Position numbers and translations under genes: made by a program | Part shown: positions 59,432-64,000 of the stretch, piece by piece | Layout: every line of letters starts with the position of its first letter | Numbering within the stretch: the first letter of the stretch is position 1 | The notes under the pieces: model-generated | Told to the model about the DNA's origin: nothing | Database searches by the model: none | Seen by the model: only the letters and a program-made list of their open reading frames with translations | DNA from: Planctomycetota bacterium | GTDB taxonomy: Bacteria; Planctomycetota; UBA1135; UBA2386 | NCBI GenBank assembly: GCA_965223545.1 | Contig: OZ245006.1 | Coordinates: forward strand, 2,144,001-2,208,000 | Direction: 5' to 3' | DNA length: 64,000 bases

Positions 59432-61690
59432 ATGAAGCTCACCGAAGCCCTGCTCGGAGCGATTCGCGCCTGCCTGTTCCTGGTCCCCGCGCTTCCGCTT
59501 CTCTGCGGCAACGACCCGCCGGGCGCGGCGGTGAGTACTCCCGCGCTGTTCTTTCCGGACAGCACCGCCAAGGGGTTCGCGTTCCGCATCTTGGTCGAGC
59601 TCGCGTTCGGAGCATGGCTGCTGTTGGCGTTCTGGGAGCCCCGCTACCGGCCCCGCCGATCGCCGGTCCTGCTCGCCTTGATCGCGTCGACGGCCATCTT
59701 CGGGATCGCAGACCTGTGCGGCATCGACCCCGGACGCTCGGTTTGGGGCAACCTCGAGCGGCTCGGCGGGTTGGCCGGCGAACTGCACCTGCTGGCGCTG
59801 TTCGTCGTGCTCGGCAGCGTCATGGAAACGCGCCGCCTGTGGTGGCGCTACTTCACGTGGTCCTTGGCGGTCAGCGTTGTCGTCGCGATCTTCGCCCTGG
59901 CACAGTCAGCGCGGTTCCACTGGGGCATCGAATGGCTTCCCGATTGGCTGAGCCGCGCCCACGTCTACGACCGGCACGCGGATCTCCGCTTTCGCGCCGA
60001 CGCCCGGCTGGGCAATCCCGTCTGGTTGGGTGTGTACCTGGCACTGCACGTTCTCATCGCCGCCCACTGGGCGCTGCGCCCAGGGGCACACCGTTGGCGA
60101 TACATCGCCGTCGGCACGTTGCTGCTGATCGCGCTCCTGCCGACCGGCACACGCAGCGCCATCTTCGGCCTCGCGCTCGGTGCGCTCGTCGCGACAGCCA
60201 GCGGCTGGCGGAGACTGTCTCGTCGTCACCGCGGCCGCCTGATCGCGATCGCCGCCCTGCTCGGGGTCGGGTTGGTGACGCTCCCATGGTGGCTGCCGGG
60301 ATGGGGATGGGACAGCGACGCACTGGCGCGCTGGGGCAGAATCTCGTTCCACATCGAGCGGCGGCTCAACGTCTGGGACGTCGGGCTGCGGGGCGTCGCC
60401 GAACACCCGTGGCTGGGCTGGGGGCAGGAGTGCTTCCGCTACGCGTACGAGCGCCACTTCATCCCCCCCCTCACCTCTCTGCGCAGCCACTGGGATCGCG
60501 CCCACAACGGGTTGGTCGAGGCGTTGGTGAGTGCCGGCATCCCAGGGCTGCTGGCTTGGCTGGCGGTGCCCGCCGCGGCTCTCGCGATGATCTGGCGCCC
60601 CGCCCGGCCGGCGGCGGCATTCGAAAAGGCCGCCCTCACGGCGATCGTCGTGACCCACTTCTTCTTCAACCAGTTCGAGTTCGACGTCGTCGCGAGCTCT
60701 TCGATCTGGCTCGCAGTGCTCGCGTACTTGCACACGCAGCACGCACCTGCCCGAACTACCCCACGCCGGCGGCCGCACCCCGCGCTGGCGCTGCTGGTCA
60801 CCGTCGCCGCCGTCGGCGCCACCGCGACCGCGTTGCGCGCGTTCGTCCTCGTCGACCTTCGAGTGTGCCACTGGATCGGCCTCGCCCTCACCGAGCGGCG
60901 CCTCGACCAACGACTGCAGCATTTCGAGCGCGCGGTGGAAGTGGACAGCATCGGCCGGGAAGAAGCCCGCATGCAGCTCGCGGCGACGGCACTCGCCATC
61001 GCCGCCGACGAACGCGTGCCGCGCGCGATGGTCACTCGCTTCAACACGCGCGGGATCGAGGAGCTGGAGCAGGCAGCGGCTAAGAGCCCGGTGTCGGTCA
61101 TCCTGCTCCTGCAGCTCTCCCTGCTGTATTCCGAGGCGGCCCGGCACACCGATGCCGCCGCCGTGCTCGAGCGCGCCGTCGAGCTGTCGCCGGGCAACGT
61201 GATGCTGCGGTGCGAGCTGGGTCTGCAGTACCACTTGCTCGGGCGGTTGGACGACGCCGAGCGCGTGCTGCGCAGCGCGCAGGCTCTCAGCAGATCCAAA
61301 GAGCCCCTGGTCCGGATGGTGCTCATGGCGTTGGAGAACGGCCGATCGCAGCTCGAGCAAGAGGCACTCGCCAAGCTGCACCCGCCCGCGCGCCGACCGC
61401 GCCAGCCGGACCCGCGAATCCTCGAGGGCCTCGTGCGCCACGGCCGCGGCGAGACCGCGTTGAGCCTGCAAGAAGACTGGGTCGCGCGGCTCGAAGCGCG
61501 CCACCCGCGCGGCGTGTTCATCGCCGAGCAGCTGCGCCAGTCCTACACCAGCTTGGCCAACCTGTACGCGACGCTGCAAATGTGGGATCGGGCCGAGCAA
61601 ACGCTGGAGCGCGCGGTCGGCAATCTGCCCGAGTTCGCCGACGAGGCGGCGCGCATGCAGAGGAATCTGAGCGCACTCCGCGGTCGCTGA
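59432..61690 (+). CDS. O-antigen ligase (Wzy_C) family membrane protein with C-terminal TPR repeats
   Basis: Multiple TMs, LGNP, TGTRSA, PWLGWG, DRAHN; TPR-like helices. Confidence 0.88.
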   Translation: MKLTEALLGAIRACLFLVPALPLLCGNDPPGAAVSTPALFFPDSTAKGFAFRILVELAFGAWLLLAFWEPRYRPRRSPVLLALIASTAIFGIADLCGIDPGRSVWGNLERLGGLAGELHLLALFVVLGSVMETRRLWWRYFTWSLAVSVVVAIFALAQSARFHWGIEWLPDWLSRAHVYDRHADLRFRADARLGNPVWLGVYLALHVLIAAHWALRPGAHRWRYIAVGTLLLIALLPTGTRSAIFGLALGALVATASGWRRLSRRHRGRLIAIAALLGVGLVTLPWWLPGWGWDSDALARWGRISFHIERRLNVWDVGLRGVAEHPWLGWGQECFRYAYERHFIPPLTSLRSHWDRAHNGLVEALVSAGIPGLLAWLAVPAAALAMIWRPARPAAAFEKAALTAIVVTHFFFNQFEFDVVASSSIWLAVLAYLHTQHAPARTTPRRRPHPALALLVTVAAVGATATALRAFVLVDLRVCHWIGLALTERRLDQRLQHFERAVEVDSIGREEARMQLAATALAIAADERVPRAMVTRFNTRGIEELEQAAAKSPVSVILLLQLSLLYSEAARHTDAAAVLERAVELSPGNVMLRCELGLQYHLLGRLDDAERVLRSAQALSRSKEPLVRMVLMALENGRSQLEQEALAKLHPPARRPRQPDPRILEGLVRHGRGETALSLQEDWVARLEARHPRGVFIAEQLRQSYTSLANLYATLQMWDRAEQTLERAVGNLPEFADEAARMQRNLSALRGR

Positions 61691-61709
61691 GGCCGCACGC
61701 TCGTCGGCC

Positions 61710-63362
61710 TCAGGCGAGACGAGCCAGCGCCGCGCCGAGCTCGTGCAAGTTGGCGGGCTTGGCCAAGCAGTCGTCCATGCCTGCGTCGCGGCAGCGCTGG
61801 CGGTCTTCCGGCTGCGCGCTGGCGGAGAACGCGAGGATCGGCGTGCGCCGCTCGGAGTCCTCCTGGGCGCGGATCTGCCGCGCGGTCTCGAAGCCGTCCA
61901 TCACCGGCATCTGACAGTCCATGAGGATCGCGTCGTAGCGGCGCCCCCGCCAGCGCTCGAGCGCCTGCTGACCATCGGACGCGACGTCGTAGTCACATCC
62001 CAGTCTGCGCAAGTACGCTCCAGCCACCATGCAATTGGCGCGGTTGTCGTCGACCAACAGCACCCGCAGACCGAGGTCCTCGGGCACCTCGCGCTCCTCG
62101 TCGTGGCGATCCGAGGCGCTGGCCAAAGCGAGGACGCTCGTCGGGCGCAGTGGCTTGAGCAGGACCTCGCCCACTGCCGTCGCCACTCCCGGCTCCACCA
62201 GGGTCACCACCCGGGCGCCGGCGTCGAGTGCGCGCGCGGCGATCTCCCCTGCGTCGGCGGCGTCGTCGATCAGCCAGACCTCCCCGGCCTCGATCTCTCC
62301 GACGAGGTCCTCTGCCTGGTCCGGTGTGAGGGCGACCGACACGGCCACTCCCAAGGCCCGACAATGCGCGTTCACCGTGCGCCGCACGTTGAAGTCGCCA
62401 CTGAGGCAGACCACGCGCGGCACCTCCGGCTCGACGACCTGCTCGGTCGCGTCGGCGATGCGAATCCGCGCGCGGAACTCGCTGCCCACGCCGACCCGAC
62501 TCGAAGCCGTGATGTCGCCGCCGAGCAGCTGCGCCAGTCGACGCGAGATGGCCAGTCCCAGGCCAGTGCCGCCGTAACGCCTGGCCGTCGACGGGTCTCC
62601 CTGGCTGAACGGCACGAACAGCCGCTGCATCACGTCCTCGTCGATGCCGCAGCCGGTGTCGCGGACGATGAAGTCCAACATGTCCGGCTCGCTGCAACGC
62701 AGCACCTCCAACGTGACACGGCCTTGCGCGGTGAACTTGATGGCGTTGCCGATCAGGTTGGTCAGGATTTGCCGCAATCGAAGCTCATCGACCCGCGCGC
62801 GGCGGGGCACGGTGGGGTCGATCAGCAGCCCGACTTCAATGCGGCCGGCGGCGCCGAGCCCGAGGACGTGCAGCGCGTTCTCCGCGAGCTGCCAGAGGTC
62901 GATCTCCTGCGGGTCGGGCTCGAGCTTGCCGGCCTCGATCTTGGCGAAATCGAGCACGTCGTTGAGCATCCCGAGGAAGCCGCGGCCGGCCTCGAGCAAA
63001 GTGCTCGCGTACTGCTCCTGTGTCGGACTCAGGCCGGTCTCGAGCAGCAAGGTCGCCAGACCGACGATCGCGTTCAACGGCGTGCGCAACTCGTGGCTCA
63101 GGTTGGCGACGAACTCCGACTTCTGTCGAGAGGCGTGCTCGGCGATGGACAACGCCTCTTCGACCTCGCGCTTGCGTTCCTCGAGATCCCGTTGCCGCGC
63201 CTCACTGAGCTCGACCAGCTGCAGGGCCGCGTGGACGTTGGCCGACGCCACGCCGCGCGCCTGTTCGCGCAGCTTGGCGTTCTCCTTGCGCAGCTCCTCG
63301 ACGACCAGCCAGGGATCGACGTCTTGCCCAACGCGTGGATCCGGTGTCGGCGTGCTCGGCAT
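61710..63362 (-). CDS. Cytoplasmic hybrid histidine kinase/response regulator
   Basis: LSHELRTPLN, NLIGNAIKFT, DTGCGI, GGTGLGL, REC MDCQMPVMDG. Confidence 0.93.
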   Translation of the reverse strand: MPSTPTPDPRVGQDVDPWLVVEELRKENAKLREQARGVASANVHAALQLVELSEARQRDLEERKREVEEALSIAEHASRQKSEFVANLSHELRTPLNAIVGLATLLLETGLSPTQEQYASTLLEAGRGFLGMLNDVLDFAKIEAGKLEPDPQEIDLWQLAENALHVLGLGAAGRIEVGLLIDPTVPRRARVDELRLRQILTNLIGNAIKFTAQGRVTLEVLRCSEPDMLDFIVRDTGCGIDEDVMQRLFVPFSQGDPSTARRYGGTGLGLAISRRLAQLLGGDITASSRVGVGSEFRARIRIADATEQVVEPEVPRVVCLSGDFNVRRTVNAHCRALGVAVSVALTPDQAEDLVGEIEAGEVWLIDDAADAGEIAARALDAGARVVTLVEPGVATAVGEVLLKPLRPTSVLALASASDRHDEEREVPEDLGLRVLLVDDNRANCMVAGAYLRRLGCDYDVASDGQQALERWRGRRYDAILMDCQMPVMDGFETARQIRAQEDSERRTPILAFSASAQPEDRQRCRDAGMDDCLAKPANLHELGAALARLA

Positions 63363-63727
63363 CAGAACACCATGGTCGGCTGCCCCTGGGCGGCGCGCAC
63401 CGCGAGCGGCGTCAGGCCGACCGACTCGAAGCGCGGATCGACGCCACCGACCTGGTCGACGTCGAGCTCTTGACCACACACCTTCTCGAGACACCGCGAG
63501 CAGCACTCGAGCTGCGCGCCGAACCCGCGCAACCGTTCGATCAACTCCGAGAGCGCGGCCGCTTCACCCTCGACCGGCTGCGCGCACGCCCAGCGCGACC
63601 CCCGCAGGGTGAAGAACACGGTGACTTCAACGCCGCTGCACGCCGCGGCCAGGGCAGTCTGCAGGGCGAACTCGGCGCGCGCTACGTCCTCGGGACCGCA
63701 CGAGACCACGACTTGTAGCTGCGACAC
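63362..63727 (-). CDS. DsrE-family sulfur-relay protein
   Basis: EVTVFFTLRG, GAQLECCSRC; TGATG overlap with the kinase. Confidence 0.78.
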   Translation of the reverse strand: MSQLQVVVSCGPEDVARAEFALQTALAAACSGVEVTVFFTLRGSRWACAQPVEGEAAALSELIERLRGFGAQLECCSRCLEKVCGQELDVDQVGGVDPRFESVGLTPLAVRAAQGQPTMVF

Positions 63728-63740
63728 CGGAGTCCATCCC

Positions 63741-63998
63741 TCAACAGAACAGCGAGACGTCGGATTCGCTGGCGTCAGCCATGCAGGCCGCCGCGCCCGC
63801 CACCTCGATCCCAGGCAACAGCTCGTCGATGCCGATGCCCATCACCGCGGTCGAGGTCTCGCAAGCCACCATGCGGACCCCCAGCTGGCGGGCGCTCTCG
63901 ACCAGACTTGAGAGGTCGGCAACTCCCTCTCGCCGCATCAGGTGGCGGAACAGGATCGGCCCCGCACCGCCGAAGTTCATCCTCGACGCCGGCACCGA
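63741..63998 (-). CDS. DsrE/DsrF/DrsH-like (DsrE2-type) protein, C-terminal part, truncated by window edge
   Basis: MNFGGAGP, GVRMVACETSTAVMGI..EL..AGAA..SLF. Confidence 0.8.
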   Translation of the reverse strand, partial: SVPASRMNFGGAGPILFRHLMRREGVADLSSLVESARQLGVRMVACETSTAVMGIGIDELLPGIEVAGAAACMADASESDVSLFC

Positions 63999-64000
63999 CT

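Overview
Very GC-rich bacterial chromosomal window. Gene content (FG-GAP/ASPIC-UnbV proteins, many secreted unknowns, outer-membrane functions) suggests an uncultured Planctomycetota lineage; this is inference. About 50 CDS. The left third holds an SOS mutagenesis cassette (lexA, imuA, imuB, dnaE2) broken up by large secreted-protein genes and an IS110. The rest holds housekeeping genes (dtd, clpB, purB, nadC, ruvC, ispD/F, rnhB), envelope and polysaccharide genes, and a DsrE/histidine kinase module. Main observations: (1) a candidate LexA operator AGACA-N2-TGTCT sits just upstream of the -10 of the dnaE2, imuA and lexA promoters; (2) a complete IS110 is inserted at the centre of a REP-like palindrome, and its upstream non-coding end carries target- and donor-matching segments as expected for a bridge/seek RNA; (3) a bacterial, THUMP-less Pus10-type pseudouridine synthase; (4) about 90-bp palindromic elements inserted in frame into a secreted-protein gene; (5) an 87-bp near-perfect palindrome; (6) a shared terminal domain on unrelated secreted proteins; (7) a recurrent TAnnnT 6-10 nt before start codons, suggesting leaderless mRNAs. 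No rRNA, tRNA or CRISPR array was recognised. All calls are by eye, without database searches.
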